Shown piece by piece: positions 28,437 through 38,785 of a stretch of DNA of 64,000 nucleotides. The stretch is from a virus (taxonomy: Duplodnaviria; Heunggongvirae; Uroviricota; Caudoviricetes). The position numbers were made by a program, and so were the translations under genes. The stretch is taken from positions 1 to 64,000 of IMG/VR virus record IMGVR_UViG_3300035208_002255. One strand, 5' to 3'. How positions within the stretch are numbered: the first letter of the stretch is position 1; every line of letters begins with the position of its first letter. Under the pieces are notes generated by a model that worked only from the letters and a program-made list of their open reading frames with translations, did not search any database and had not been told where the DNA came from.

Positions 28437-29044
28437 AAACTCTTGACTTTGTTGAGAACAATATCAGCTGAACGAAGCGTATCTTCTAGAGGGCCTGAAT
28501 TATCAATCACATAGTTAGCATACTTGAGACGTTCATCTGAACTTATTTGGGAATGAATTCTGTTTAGAACATCATCTTTTGACAAATGAGTATTTCTATC
28601 CAAGACTCTTTGGATTTGAATATCCAAGTCAATATGAACAACAACAATGGGCCTGTAGTTTTCGAAATTGCTTTTCTCGATTAGTAAAGCGTTGTCATAA
28701 CAAGCTAGTTCATATCCTTTTAATTCAAGTACCGAAATCTCATCGGACATCAATTGTCCGATTACTGGAAACATAATGACTTCCAAATCTTTCAAACGAT
28801 CTTTATCACTGAAGACAACAGACCCCATCTTTTTACGGTCAATGACTCCATCGCTTCGAAAAACAACATCTCCAAATACACGTCTGATTGATTCAAGCGT
28901 ATTTAAACCAATTGCTGTATTAGGATCTACAGCTTTACGTGATAAGATATCCGGATCAATAATAGGTAGACCTTGCTGTGCCCAATGTTTTGACACAGTA
29001 GACTTGCCACATCCAATCCCACCTGTAAGACCAAAGATTTTCAT
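28433..29044 (-). CDS. coaE: dephospho-CoA kinase
   Basis: GLTGGIGCGKST P-loop characteristic of CoaE; 203 aa. Confidence 0.75.
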   Translation of the reverse strand: MKIFGLTGGIGCGKSTVSKHWAQQGLPIIDPDILSRKAVDPNTAIGLNTLESIRRVFGDVVFRSDGVIDRKKMGSVVFSDKDRLKDLEVIMFPVIGQLMSDEISVLELKGYELACYDNALLIEKSNFENYRPIVVVHIDLDIQIQRVLDRNTHLSKDDVLNRIHSQISSDERLKYANYVIDNSGPLEDTLRSADIVLNKVKSL

Positions 29045-30078
29045 TTGCTGTTATCTGAATCAAAAAGGTCTGCTGTATTCTCTAGAATGGTAGATAGTTG
29101 CTCATTTATTCCAAAGCGCTCCTTGTTATGAGTAATGCTTTTTAGAATGTTACCATCCGCATGACGTTGCGAACTAGCAAACCAATCACAAAACATTTCT
29201 ACAATATCAACAAGTGTCATATCACTAATATATGAATCTTCTTTTGTCTTTAACAAAGTTCCTGTAAATGTTAAATCTAAATGCTTTCCACCATTATTAA
29301 TACAATTCCATATTGCTGAAGCTCTTGCTTTATCATAACCCCTTTCTCTTAGTTCTTTTTCCATTTTATTAATTCCAAGAGTGGTTATGTCTAACTCTTC
29401 GCAAGTTACTTCATATTTTATATTTGCTTTTTTCAGATCATTATCATATGCATGAATTTGATTTTCAGATGAAGTTACCCATTCTAAATTAGAAATGTGA
29501 TTATCATCTTTAATACCATTTTTATGATTAACTTCTGATTTTTTATCATCGTTATCAATAAATGCTTCAGCTACTAAACGATGTACCATTGCATTTTTTC
29601 GATTATCTCCATCTTGCAACTGTAACCTGCAATAACCTTTAGGTGTTATATATTGCTTTAAAAGAATTCCTTGTTTGAAACATGAACCTGTTGGGCCTGA
29701 TCTATCAACAATTCTATTTTTACTTCTAACTCTTCCATGATTTGAAACTTCATGTGAAGTTTCAAATCCAACAACCGGTCGCCATTCTTCTATATTTTCA
29801 AAGAATTCTGGATGATGACGATTTTTGGCGTAATGATGGTCGAGAGCCACCTTCATTTCAGCTCTGCATTTATTGTATTCGTCAGATCCATACGTCATAC
29901 CTTTTAGACGATCTGTGTAAATAGCAAACACTGGAGCTTCAACATCACCAAGTTTTGACTGATCATGTTGTTCGCCTCGTTTTAAAAGTTCAACAGCAAA
30001 GACTCTAAGATATCGGCGAACGTTATCGATGTGATTCCGGGTTTCTTCGTTTGATGCTAATTCTTGTTGAGTTTTCAT
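29041..30078 (-). CDS. HNH_3/NUMOD4-type homing endonuclease with N-terminal HD-like segment
   Basis: NUMOD4 WRPVVGFE..YEVSNHGRVRS, HNH_3 HRLVAEAF...VNHKNGIKDDNHISNLEWVT; N-terminus H(x23)HDQSK...DHHYAKNRHH. Confidence 0.6.
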   Translation of the reverse strand: MKTQQELASNEETRNHIDNVRRYLRVFAVELLKRGEQHDQSKLGDVEAPVFAIYTDRLKGMTYGSDEYNKCRAEMKVALDHHYAKNRHHPEFFENIEEWRPVVGFETSHEVSNHGRVRSKNRIVDRSGPTGSCFKQGILLKQYITPKGYCRLQLQDGDNRKNAMVHRLVAEAFIDNDDKKSEVNHKNGIKDDNHISNLEWVTSSENQIHAYDNDLKKANIKYEVTCEELDITTLGINKMEKELRERGYDKARASAIWNCINNGGKHLDLTFTGTLLKTKEDSYISDMTLVDIVEMFCDWFASSQRHADGNILKSITHNKERFGINEQLSTILENTADLFDSDNSK

Positions 30079-30129
30079 ATAATTTTGAACACCACCATTC
30101 TAGGCTACCAGATTTTACGCAAAAAGCAA

Positions 30130-30160
30130 ACGCAAAAAGGCGGGTACTTCGGTACCCGCC
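30130..30160 (-). terminator. Rho-independent terminator
   Basis: GGCGGGTAC-TTCG-GTACCCGCC hairpin plus a U-run after the AAA ATPase gene. Confidence 0.65.
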
Positions 30161-30182
30161 AATTTGCCGTTCAACCAATCAC

Positions 30183-31712
30183 TTACTGACTGACCTTGTC
30201 GATATCTCGGCGCGTCAAGTGATGGTCAGAACTCATCAAAGGCATTCCCTTTTCAGATTCTTTCTGATACGTCGAAGCATCCACCACAATAGCCGGATTC
30301 ATGCGAACCTTAGCTGCATGAACATTTCCGTCAGCAATGATCTGCGCAGCCTTTTCACGTTCGGAACGATCATCCTTCTTCTTGGGCTCCAGCATTTCCA
30401 TGTGACGTTTCATGGTGCGAGCAGTGATTTCGATGTCTTCGCCAGTGAGCTTGACTTCACCGCCGCCATGAGATCCAACTCGACGAATGGCTGCCAGCTT
30501 GGAGCGCTCCACAACCTCACGAATGAGGGCCGGGATAATGCCAGCCAAAACAGCACTTGCTTCATCGAGGTTCGTACCCCCAGCCAGATCCGAACCTGCG
30601 TAGAACCGAATGAGGCGCTGAGCCGCATCCGCATCCGGCGCACGAACGGAGATCACAGTATCCAAACGACCGGGACGAAGCATCGCTTGAGTGATCTTCT
30701 CCAAGTGATTCGTGGTGAGGACCGTGATAATCTCTACACCCTTAGTATCAATACCATCAAGGGCATTAAGGATATCATTGACCTCATTATCACGACGATT
30801 CGGATCATTGAGAATTTGATCGATATCCTCTGCGAAAATTATTGCAGGTTGGTATCGAGAAGCGAAATGATATGCCTGAGCAAGGCATGTCACATCTTTG
30901 AGATAGATGAATGTCCATCCATTCTCTTTAGCAAGCGTTGCACCCGCAGCGGCCGTAAGCGTCTTACCGGTTCCATAAGGGCCTTCGAGTAGAATACCTC
31001 GCTTCAGAGGAATGTTATGAGTACGGCACATCTCGGTGTGCCGAATGGGAGTGAACATAGAGATGTCCACTTCTTCCTCAGTAGCTGCACTAAAGATGAC
31101 TTGTTCGGGTCGAATATAACCAACCTTAGCAAAGCGAGGGAATGTATCCTCTAAAGAGTTACAATCCCCCACATCTCTGAAGTCCGTTTCGATTGCATGA
31201 CCCTTATAGATAGAGTTGCGTAGCAACTCTTCCTTCACAAGATTTGCGATCTTGTCAACTAAGTATCGGTGCTTACCCTTAACTTCACCAAACAACTGGA
31301 AGACCAAATGGTCATTCTTAATAGCATAGCCAGGCTTGATCCAACCATCAACTCCAGGGATCATAAGTCGTCCCATTGGGAGAGATTCTTTGTTACCAGG
31401 AGATGTCTCAATACCAGTGTATTGAGGCTTCTGATTTCCAAAGAACCCTGGCGTACCAGTAGCTGAAACGAAACCGAATTCATTCTTTAAAACCCTAAAG
31501 AATGCAACGATGCCCTCAGCAACCTCGGCATCCAATATATGCTCAACACCGATAACCTCATCCTCTTCCTTCTGCTTGAGCTGAAGTGCTCTGATTGCGG
31601 TATCCAGGTCTACTTCTTCTGGAACAATAAGTTTGGTCCCCTTTCGCTCCATGCTTATGTCACGAAGGAGTGCGTTCTGCTTGTCTTGTTTTTCTTTTTC
31701 TTGTGGCGTCAT
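30183..31712 (-). CDS. AAA+ ATPase (second)
   Basis: Walker A GPYGTGKT, box II and sensor motifs. Confidence 0.7.
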   Translation of the reverse strand: MTPQEKEKQDKQNALLRDISMERKGTKLIVPEEVDLDTAIRALQLKQKEEDEVIGVEHILDAEVAEGIVAFFRVLKNEFGFVSATGTPGFFGNQKPQYTGIETSPGNKESLPMGRLMIPGVDGWIKPGYAIKNDHLVFQLFGEVKGKHRYLVDKIANLVKEELLRNSIYKGHAIETDFRDVGDCNSLEDTFPRFAKVGYIRPEQVIFSAATEEEVDISMFTPIRHTEMCRTHNIPLKRGILLEGPYGTGKTLTAAAGATLAKENGWTFIYLKDVTCLAQAYHFASRYQPAIIFAEDIDQILNDPNRRDNEVNDILNALDGIDTKGVEIITVLTTNHLEKITQAMLRPGRLDTVISVRAPDADAAQRLIRFYAGSDLAGGTNLDEASAVLAGIIPALIREVVERSKLAAIRRVGSHGGGEVKLTGEDIEITARTMKRHMEMLEPKKKDDRSEREKAAQIIADGNVHAAKVRMNPAIVVDASTYQKESEKGMPLMSSDHHLTRRDIDKVSQ

Positions 31713-32336
31713 TTCATTTTAATTTCTAGATGGAAAGACATCTTCTTTAGAGAAATTGTCATACATTAAGGAAATGTGACTAAGTTGGTATGGCTGAACG
31801 CTTAAAGGTCTAACCATAGTTAGAACTTCCATCCAGCCATGAACCGCACAGGATTCGAACCTATATTTCCTACACTTAGCATTGTCCGGACAATGCTAAA
31901 TGTGGCGTTCCTAAACCATTTAAACTAGCGGCACGAGGAGTTGAAATCTATCACATCGAAACTTGATGTCAAGAACTTTTTGTAGGACGAGTCAGGGTTG
32001 AACGATAACTTTTAAAACTCTGACAACTGCTGGCGTGAACCGCTAGCTATCCTGTTTCGAGATGCGAAGTTACTACTAGAAGTTCTGGAAGTCAAGCTTT
32101 TTCTTTTGGGGCCTACTGTTTCAGGGATTCAATTGGGCCACCATTTGGAACGAAAACAAAATCACGAAAACCACTGTTCCATAACTGCATCATAGGTGAT
32201 TTTCTCACCATTGCTAGATGTAGCGTTGCCTTCCAAAATGACACCCTCAAACCAAAGGTGAATGCTAAACCAAACCTTATCCTTTGGTAATCTACGAATT
32301 GCGTCACCAACTAACGCCGACTCCAATCCAATATCT

Positions 32337-32741
32337 CTATTTTTCATTTTGTACCTTATGTATCTTTTCCAAGAGTCTTTCCCGAATAGCTTGGACATCA
32401 ACTCCATCTTCCTTAAGCTCTTGGTTAATCTCTTCATCAGACATATTGGCAACATCTTCAGCTGCCAGTTCAAATATCCTGTACAGCACTATACTCTGCT
32501 CTTCCCCTGTCAAAGCGCCAACTTTTTGACGAAGACTACTCCGAAAACTATCCGCGATACGCTCATGTATAGCAATTGCTTCCCTGAATTCTTCTGGTGA
32601 ATTGATCTTGTTAGCATCTTTACGTGGTTCAACCCCATGACATTTATCACAGATTGGAGGAATTATAACCATGCAGTTTGTTTGGTATTCTTCACCGCAT
32701 AAAGAGCACGTTTCTTTCCTTGGCATGATCATGTGCGCCAA
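32337..32741 (-). CDS. zinc-ribbon protein
   Basis: CSLCG...CDKCH pairs; acidic C-terminus. Confidence 0.4.
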   Translation of the reverse strand: MAHMIMPRKETCSLCGEEYQTNCMVIIPPICDKCHGVEPRKDANKINSPEEFREAIAIHERIADSFRSSLRQKVGALTGEEQSIVLYRIFELAAEDVANMSDEEINQELKEDGVDVQAIRERLLEKIHKVQNEK

Positions 32742-33659
32742 CCTCTTCCTCGTGTAAATGGACTTAGTTCTGGGACTGTAAAATCAAGTCACCAGAACTT
32801 AATTCTAGACAATGATATTCCACTAGATCTGGACAGGATAAAGTAAGGATTTTCGGTTCTTTCAATGTCTCTACCACCATGTCCATGTCTTAGTGTGATG
32901 AGTTTCTGGCACTGAGGTGAATACTACCTAATTGGTTTGGGGTAGTAATGCCACTGGTTATTTGCTCGACACATGAGATCCGCTACTATCACTGCCTCTT
33001 CATAAGTAATCGGTTTACTACTAAAATATTTTGGATTACCTATATGTCCGAGAGGTTCGCAAAAAACTCCATAATTACCAGAAGGTGGGGCTTACCTTCT
33101 TCTGTGCCAATTGAAGTTATAATCTTATCTTTCTCTTCTTTGGAAATCATATTTATCCTTATCTTTCTTTTCTCAAGCAAGTCAATTACTGATGTTGCAA
33201 GATCTTCTTGCACACCATTCGCTAGTTAGTGATCCTACTGAGAGTTGAACTCAGCTTTTTCGATTTAGAGTCGAATACCTCCCACGAGGATAGGATCGAT
33301 TGAAGGGCCGTTTTATCACAGCCCTTCTTGGTTGTCAAGAGAATGCTAGTGGTAATTTCGCACAAAGTTTCTTCGAAATAGAAGACGGCTCCATTGTAAT
33401 AGCCGTGATTTTGTCTCCTATGTCTGGCTCTCGAAATACCGAGAATCTAACACCCTTTTCCGCTGCTGTCAACACTAGATTTTTCAAAGCCTGTTCATTT
33501 TCGACGACAAGTAATCCCAAGTAATTAGACTTGGTGTACCATTGATTGTCAATCTCAGGATGCTCATTTACGAACTCTCTCAAAGCATGCATACTTTGTA
33601 CGGCTTGAGATCCAAGAGAAAGGTCAGATCGAGTAATGACATAAAGCTTGTCACCTTCT

Positions 33660-34103
33660 TTAATCTACGTCATGATAAACCTCATATTCAAGAGCACTTT
33701 CCTTACATGACTCAAAATATTGTTGTAAGTGCTCTATAATTTCTTCCGGAATGTTTGCTTTTTTCAAAGCTTTTTCCCAATCATCGCAAGGCACGTCACC
33801 ATAATCTGATCTTTCGCCTATTGTAAAACAAGGAGGATCTGAGTATACTTTACCTTGAGGTGTTTCGATGAATGGCCAAATCTCTAAAGGACTATCAGCA
33901 CAACATCCGCAGTTGTGTCTTTTGTCATAGTTCTTTACCAAAGAATTAACCGAAGGACTATAATACGCAACCTTCTCCCATCGACCTTTGTATCGTTTTA
34001 GATCGGGATAAGCTGAAACCAATTCTTTAAGACGGTTAAGTTCTTGTATCTTGGCCTGAATCTCTTTTTCTAGAGTTGTGATGGCTTGGTCAACTTCGCT
34101 CAT
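33660..34103 (-). CDS. hypothetical protein
   Basis: 147 aa, N-terminal coiled coil. Confidence 0.4.
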   Translation of the reverse strand: MSEVDQAITTLEKEIQAKIQELNRLKELVSAYPDLKRYKGRWEKVAYYSPSVNSLVKNYDKRHNCGCCADSPLEIWPFIETPQGKVYSDPPCFTIGERSDYGDVPCDDWEKALKKANIPEEIIEHLQQYFESCKESALEYEVYHDVD

Positions 34104-34537
34104 GCCGCCACCTCATTGGAAACAACCTTATACTTTTCCTGAATCCAAGAGTACATTTCATCCTTGATACTTTTTTCAGTATCATGGAATTGTTGTTGTG
34201 CTTCTTTATTATCCCGAAGCTCCCAGATACCTTTTCCAAACTGGGCTTCAGTAATCTTTCTTGCAGCACTATGTGCAAGATCTGTTAAAATCCACTTACG
34301 CCCAATATCGAAAGTAGGATGATCCTCGTTAATCTTACGCTCTAACGCTACGTAAGGAACCCCACGTAGAAATGCATAAGCCAACAAAGTTGGACGAGAT
34401 GCTCGCTGTCCACCAGCCACAAAACCACGGAACTTCTTAATCAAGTCTTTTCTATTTTCCATTTGAACTCTCCTATAGTAAATCAAATCAAACACAAACA
34501 CTGGGATGTGTTTGGCTACGGGAGGTCCTCTTGGCAA
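34100..34537 (-). CDS. hypothetical protein
   Basis: 145 aa ORF. Confidence 0.4.
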   Translation of the reverse strand: MPRGPPVAKHIPVFVFDLIYYRRVQMENRKDLIKKFRGFVAGGQRASRPTLLAYAFLRGVPYVALERKINEDHPTFDIGRKWILTDLAHSAARKITEAQFGKGIWELRDNKEAQQQFHDTEKSIKDEMYSWIQEKYKVVSNEVAA

Positions 34538-34605
34538 ACTGGAATAAATCTAGGACTCGTGCATGGTTCTTTCCTTCACTTTCCGGTACTGTAACTCGGC
34601 TTCCG

Positions 34606-34800
34606 TCAGATGTCAACCTCAAACTTGAGGTATTTTTGCCTTTCCTCTTCAGTCAGGCCGGAGACTTCAAGACCACTCTGAATAGCAAATGCCAGAAACC
34701 TTTCCAAATCTTCTGGTGATCCAGAAACTTTGGTAACATTTCTAGGATTTGTAATACCAATTCCAATATCTTCGTATGCTTCAAATGAAATCTTTTTCAT
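34606..34800 (-). CDS. hypothetical small protein
   Basis: 64 aa ORF. Confidence 0.3.
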   Translation of the reverse strand: MKKISFEAYEDIGIGITNPRNVTKVSGSPEDLERFLAFAIQSGLEVSGLTEEERQKYLKFEVDI

Positions 34801-34802
34801 TT

Positions 34803-34876
34803 TGGAGCCCCCTGGGAGAATCGAACTCCCATATCCTGATTACAAAACAGGCGCATGACCATAATGCTTAGGGGGC
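34803..34876 (-). tRNA. tRNA-Thr (anticodon TGT) with genome-encoded CCA
   Basis: Acceptor GCCCCCT/AGGGGGC, T-arm GGGAGTTCGATTCTCCC, loop TTTGTAA, 3' TCCA encoded. Confidence 0.7.
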
Positions 34877-34895
34877 GTATTTTTATGTATCTATA

Positions 34896-35426
34896 TTAGT
34901 AGGGCATTCCATTTTGAGCCAATTTTACATTTGTATAATCTGGATCATTTGTAACTTCTCGACCAATCCATTCTGGAGTAATGAACTCTTGATCTGTTGA
35001 TTCAAGTTCAACTTCAGCAATTACAAGACCCTCAAGAGGACCACTGAAGAAGTCAATCTCCCACTTTGTATCATTTTCAATATGTTCATATCTAAGCTTT
35101 GAGATAGAACACTTACTCCATAAACGAATGGCTTCTTTAGCCTTCTCAACTGGCATATCGAATTCAATCTCATCACGTTCAAGAAGTCCAATACCTTTTA
35201 GGGTAATGTATGCTTTCTGGATTGATCCTGAATTGTATTGAATGCTATGAGCTATACGGATCCTTGTCATAGGATCCGCCTCATGCATATACGCTTGAGT
35301 GATAGCTTGATAGTTAGGTACTAGATTGGGAAGTTTATCAACAAGTACCAAGAACTTACGTTCGATTTCTTTCATGATCTTACTTTCACTATCAGTTGGC
35401 GTCTCCGGCAGGATTCGAACCTGCAT
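34896..35426 (-). CDS. CYTH-domain protein (triphosphate tunnel metalloenzyme)
   Basis: N-terminal EIERKFLV signature. Confidence 0.6.
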   Translation of the reverse strand: MQVRILPETPTDSESKIMKEIERKFLVLVDKLPNLVPNYQAITQAYMHEADPMTRIRIAHSIQYNSGSIQKAYITLKGIGLLERDEIEFDMPVEKAKEAIRLWSKCSISKLRYEHIENDTKWEIDFFSGPLEGLVIAEVELESTDQEFITPEWIGREVTNDPDYTNVKLAQNGMPY

Positions 35427-35472
35427 CTTACAGTTTAGAAGACTGTTGCCTTATCCATTGGACCACGGAGAC
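35400..35472 (-). tRNA. tRNA-Arg (anticodon TCT)
   Basis: Acceptor GTCTCCG/CGGAGAC, loop CTTCTAA, T-arm CAGGTTCGAATCCTG. Confidence 0.8.
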
Positions 35473-35508
35473 ATATTCCCTATACACATTAATGCATAGG
35501 GATTTTGA

Positions 35509-36183
35509 TTACTTAACCAAAGAGCTTATTTCTGCTTCTGTTAGAAGAGAATCTTGGCAAGAGAAATTAGCTCCTACTGCTTGAGCTTCTCGACGACGAG
35601 TTATGCCCTTAGAGATGCTTGCATACACACCTGGAACGTTAGCAGTGCGGAATCCATAAGTGTTCGAGGAATTAAAACCAAGGCGAGCACCCTGCTCTTT
35701 CTGAGATTCAATATCTCCACCACCCATGAACACAAAAGACCACTTGTAAACATCTGTCTGATGTTTAACCATTTCCTTTACTTTAGCGGCAGCGAATTCC
35801 TTAGAACAATTCTCTTGACCATCAGTGATGATGAGAAAGATAATCTGTCCAGGGCGCTTCTCTTCAGGAAGAGCTGATAGCCGAGCACCAACAGCATTTA
35901 CAGTTCTACCAACAGCGTCCAGAAGAGCGGTAGATCCGCGAGGAACATAAGTTTCCTCATTGAGGTCAGAAACATCACTGATGTCTTTACCTTCGTAATC
36001 AATTTGATACTGATCATCAAACTGCACGAGAGTTAATAGAGCCTTACCCTTCGCCTTTTTCTGCTCAGCTACAAAGCTGTTAAAACCTCCGATAGTGTCG
36101 GCGCGAAGTGATTGCATAGAACCCGAACGATCGATGATCGCTACGATTTCTGTTAAGTTATTATCTACCATTTTATACCTCAA
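35509..36183 (-). CDS. von Willebrand factor A (vWA) domain protein
   Basis: MIDAS motif IIDRSGSM, downstream T and D residues. Confidence 0.65.
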   Translation of the reverse strand: MRYKMVDNNLTEIVAIIDRSGSMQSLRADTIGGFNSFVAEQKKAKGKALLTLVQFDDQYQIDYEGKDISDVSDLNEETYVPRGSTALLDAVGRTVNAVGARLSALPEEKRPGQIIFLIITDGQENCSKEFAAAKVKEMVKHQTDVYKWSFVFMGGGDIESQKEQGARLGFNSSNTYGFRTANVPGVYASISKGITRRREAQAVGANFSCQDSLLTEAEISSLVK

Positions 36184-36186
36184 TCT

Positions 36187-36579
36187 TTAAAGAACCAACC
36201 CACCACCTGGCTTGCCTTGTGGCACATTGCGAGAAGGCATAGTGAGACCAGCTCGTGATGCTCTGTTCTGGATCATTATATCTTCAAACTCCTGAACCAT
36301 AAGATCGTATTTACGACCACGATCTGTCATCTCATCAAACCATCGAATATTATCGATTTTAACAAGAATGTTAACAGGCTCCTCTTCGGCATCAATTGGG
36401 GTCACCGTAGATTTCTGAATCCCTACGGGTCCTTGAGGAGTCGGGACCAGGAACATATCACAGCGAAGCTCTACAGCTTTGTGAATGATGACATTGTCAC
36501 CTGGCTGGATTTCTTCTTTTGGTTCTACAAGATCGCCTATAAGTCTTCGATTTCCGGAGTTGATTATCGCTTTAGCCAT
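36187..36579 (-). CDS. hypothetical protein
   Basis: 130 aa ORF. Confidence 0.4.
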   Translation of the reverse strand: MAKAIINSGNRRLIGDLVEPKEEIQPGDNVIIHKAVELRCDMFLVPTPQGPVGIQKSTVTPIDAEEEPVNILVKIDNIRWFDEMTDRGRKYDLMVQEFEDIMIQNRASRAGLTMPSRNVPQGKPGGGLVL

Positions 36580-36620
36580 ACGGGATTACTCTGCATGGCA
36601 ACGCTCTCTCGACTAAAAGA

Positions 36621-36863
36621 TTATGCATACACGTAATCAGTATGTCCACATTTAGGACACTTAACACGTTTCTTTGGCGGGTTACTCATTAGAAGTTCTC
36701 CAGGGTTTGGAAATTCCAATTCAGTACCACATTTATCACAAGCAATACCAGATAGATGGGCCTTGGCTTTAGCCTCTTTGTATTGCTTAACCTTATCTTC
36801 ATTATATTCTTTCAATGTCTTCATTACTTTCATCTCTAAATAATGGATTTTAAATCGATTCAA
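36621..36863 (-). CDS. zinc-ribbon small protein
   Basis: CDKCG...CPKCG. Confidence 0.4.
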   Translation of the reverse strand: MNRFKIHYLEMKVMKTLKEYNEDKVKQYKEAKAKAHLSGIACDKCGTELEFPNPGELLMSNPPKKRVKCPKCGHTDYVYA

Positions 36864-37156
36864 AATCCATGCAATTCTTCATCTACAAGATCTTTTTCTT
36901 GTATTTCACCTTTTGGTGACCAAGCAAAATCATCATAATAAACCCAATGATTATCTTTGAGTCTATAAGCATCTACAATATATGGATCTGGATCATCTTC
37001 CATACCAATCATTTCTAGAAATTCTTTATCTAGAACCTTTGCTCTAATACGGTCTTCGGATGGAGATTGTTCAACATAAACACCTTCAAGTTTCCTTCCG
37101 TATCCAGAATCAACACCAAACCATAAATCTATTTTTGTTCCGATTTCAATTGTCAT
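36860..37156 (-). CDS. hypothetical protein
   Basis: 98 aa ORF. Confidence 0.4.
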   Translation of the reverse strand: MTIEIGTKIDLWFGVDSGYGRKLEGVYVEQSPSEDRIRAKVLDKEFLEMIGMEDDPDPYIVDAYRLKDNHWVYYDDFAWSPKGEIQEKDLVDEELHGF

Positions 37157-38154
37157 AATGCAACTCTGACTCCCAAATACAATCCGAAGTTTCCAGCCGT
37201 ATCGACCGAAACAGATGGACCAACATGAAGGTTATCAACCAACGGAAGATCTTTACCTACGTTGTAGTTGATAGGAGATAGTATTAGAACAGGTGCTTGT
37301 TGTTGAGTTGCATAACCAACACCTAGTGTTAAGAAACTCCATTGTGGAGAAACTTTCGTTTGTCCATATGAGAATAAAGACAACCCTATATTTGGAACAA
37401 CCTCAGCATGAATTGGAGGATTTACAATTACACCACCATCAATTCCTAGATACAATCTTGGATTGAAGCTAAAACTTGGAGATGGATATTCTTCAACAAT
37501 CTTTGCATTGGTAATTGGTATTACGTATGTCTTTCCATCGGCATCAATCTGGAATCTTGAGTAAGCGTAATGACGACCATTCTCATCCTGACCAAGAACT
37601 GTTGTTGAAGAGTACGTTCTCGGAGATATCTCAACAGCCCAAGGTTTGTCCTGCCATGCTGAGAATCCTACTCGACCAAATGGTACAACAACATTACCTT
37701 CGGAACCGTTGAATGGTTCTGTTAGGGTAAACCATTGCTGATTTGATAAATATCCATTAGGATCAGTGATAGGCTGATTTGGGTTTGGAGGATTCGGATT
37801 AGGTGTTGTATTTGACGTTGGTAGATTAGAACCTTTGTATCCAGGAGTTACAACAGATATAGTATGAACACCCTGAACATCAGCACCAAGCGTTTTCAGA
37901 TCTTTCTTGATTGCATCAATACTCAATCCTTGTTCTTTTAGAAGTCGTTCAAGCTCAGCTTGGGTAACGTAAGCTGCTTGTGCTCTAACAATTCCATTTC
38001 CGATATTCTTGGATTCGACAACTGAGGTTTCGATAGTTTTTAGACGTTCGATTGTATCATGTTGAACTTTAACGATAAATGCTAGTACTGCAATTATAAG
38101 CAGTACAGCACCAGCTATTGCTGCTGTTATTTTCCAGTCTTTTTTCCAGTCCAT
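37153..38154 (-). CDS. membrane-anchored protein with PNPNPPNPNQP linker
   Basis: N-terminal transmembrane helix, coiled coil, Pro/Asn linker, beta-rich C-terminus. Confidence 0.45.
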   Translation of the reverse strand: MDWKKDWKITAAIAGAVLLIIAVLAFIVKVQHDTIERLKTIETSVVESKNIGNGIVRAQAAYVTQAELERLLKEQGLSIDAIKKDLKTLGADVQGVHTISVVTPGYKGSNLPTSNTTPNPNPPNPNQPITDPNGYLSNQQWFTLTEPFNGSEGNVVVPFGRVGFSAWQDKPWAVEISPRTYSSTTVLGQDENGRHYAYSRFQIDADGKTYVIPITNAKIVEEYPSPSFSFNPRLYLGIDGGVIVNPPIHAEVVPNIGLSLFSYGQTKVSPQWSFLTLGVGYATQQQAPVLILSPINYNVGKDLPLVDNLHVGPSVSVDTAGNFGLYLGVRVAL

Positions 38155-38507
38155 AGATTACCCTCACTTAATTCATCGATATTGTCTAGTATTTGATCTA
38201 TATCAACAGCTTTGATTCCAAGGGAAGGAGATGGGATTGGGGCTGTTGGTAATTCGGAATACCGTTTCGTTGGTGTTTCGTCTATAGGTTCGTAACCTAA
38301 GTTTGTAGGAACCAAGGGAGGTTTTGGGAATCGAATTGGAATTTCAAAAGCTTCTCTTTCAAGTCTCTGATAATGAATAACTGCTTCGAACAATTTTTGT
38401 TCTACTGTAGTTAAAGACTTATCAGAACGCATAACCTCTCTAGCCCACCAATCTGCTGCTGTGAGTATTTCTAGTTTTGCTTGTTCTGCATTTTCTATAC
38501 TCATCAA
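38127..38507 (-). CDS. hypothetical protein
   Basis: 126 aa ORF. Confidence 0.4.
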   Translation of the reverse strand: MMSIENAEQAKLEILTAADWWAREVMRSDKSLTTVEQKLFEAVIHYQRLEREAFEIPIRFPKPPLVPTNLGYEPIDETPTKRYSELPTAPIPSPSLGIKAVDIDQILDNIDELSEGNLWTGKKTGK

Positions 38508-38785
38508 TACAATGCAACACTATCCAGTTGAAATAGAATTGCCACCTGTAGTCTTGAATTATAGGTGGCGATAAGATTACTTTTATCGATCATACTTTGA
38601 GTCGGGTAATGTATGATGTCTAGAATTTTATATCATTAGAGTTTCTGTTAGTGTTCCTCCTGTTAGTATTCTAATTACGAATCAATTCCTTCCAATCCTA
38701 TCGTTGTGGCGGAACCTAAGGGTGGTGGTATTTTGACATTGATAATGAACATCCTTAGGATGATCTTTTCAATTAAGAGGTACAG

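Noticed and set aside
29041-30078. Intein inside the HNH_3 gene
   Set aside because: No Cys/Ser at a plausible N-junction and no HN + Cys/Ser/Thr C-junction; a domain fusion is the better reading.
31841-32050. Canonical tRNA downstream of the AAA ATPase gene
   Set aside because: A T-arm and one acceptor strand are present, but the region between folds as a perfect 11-bp hairpin (TTAGCATTGTCC/GGACAATGCTAA) rather than D and anticodon arms. Kept only as a tRNA-like element.
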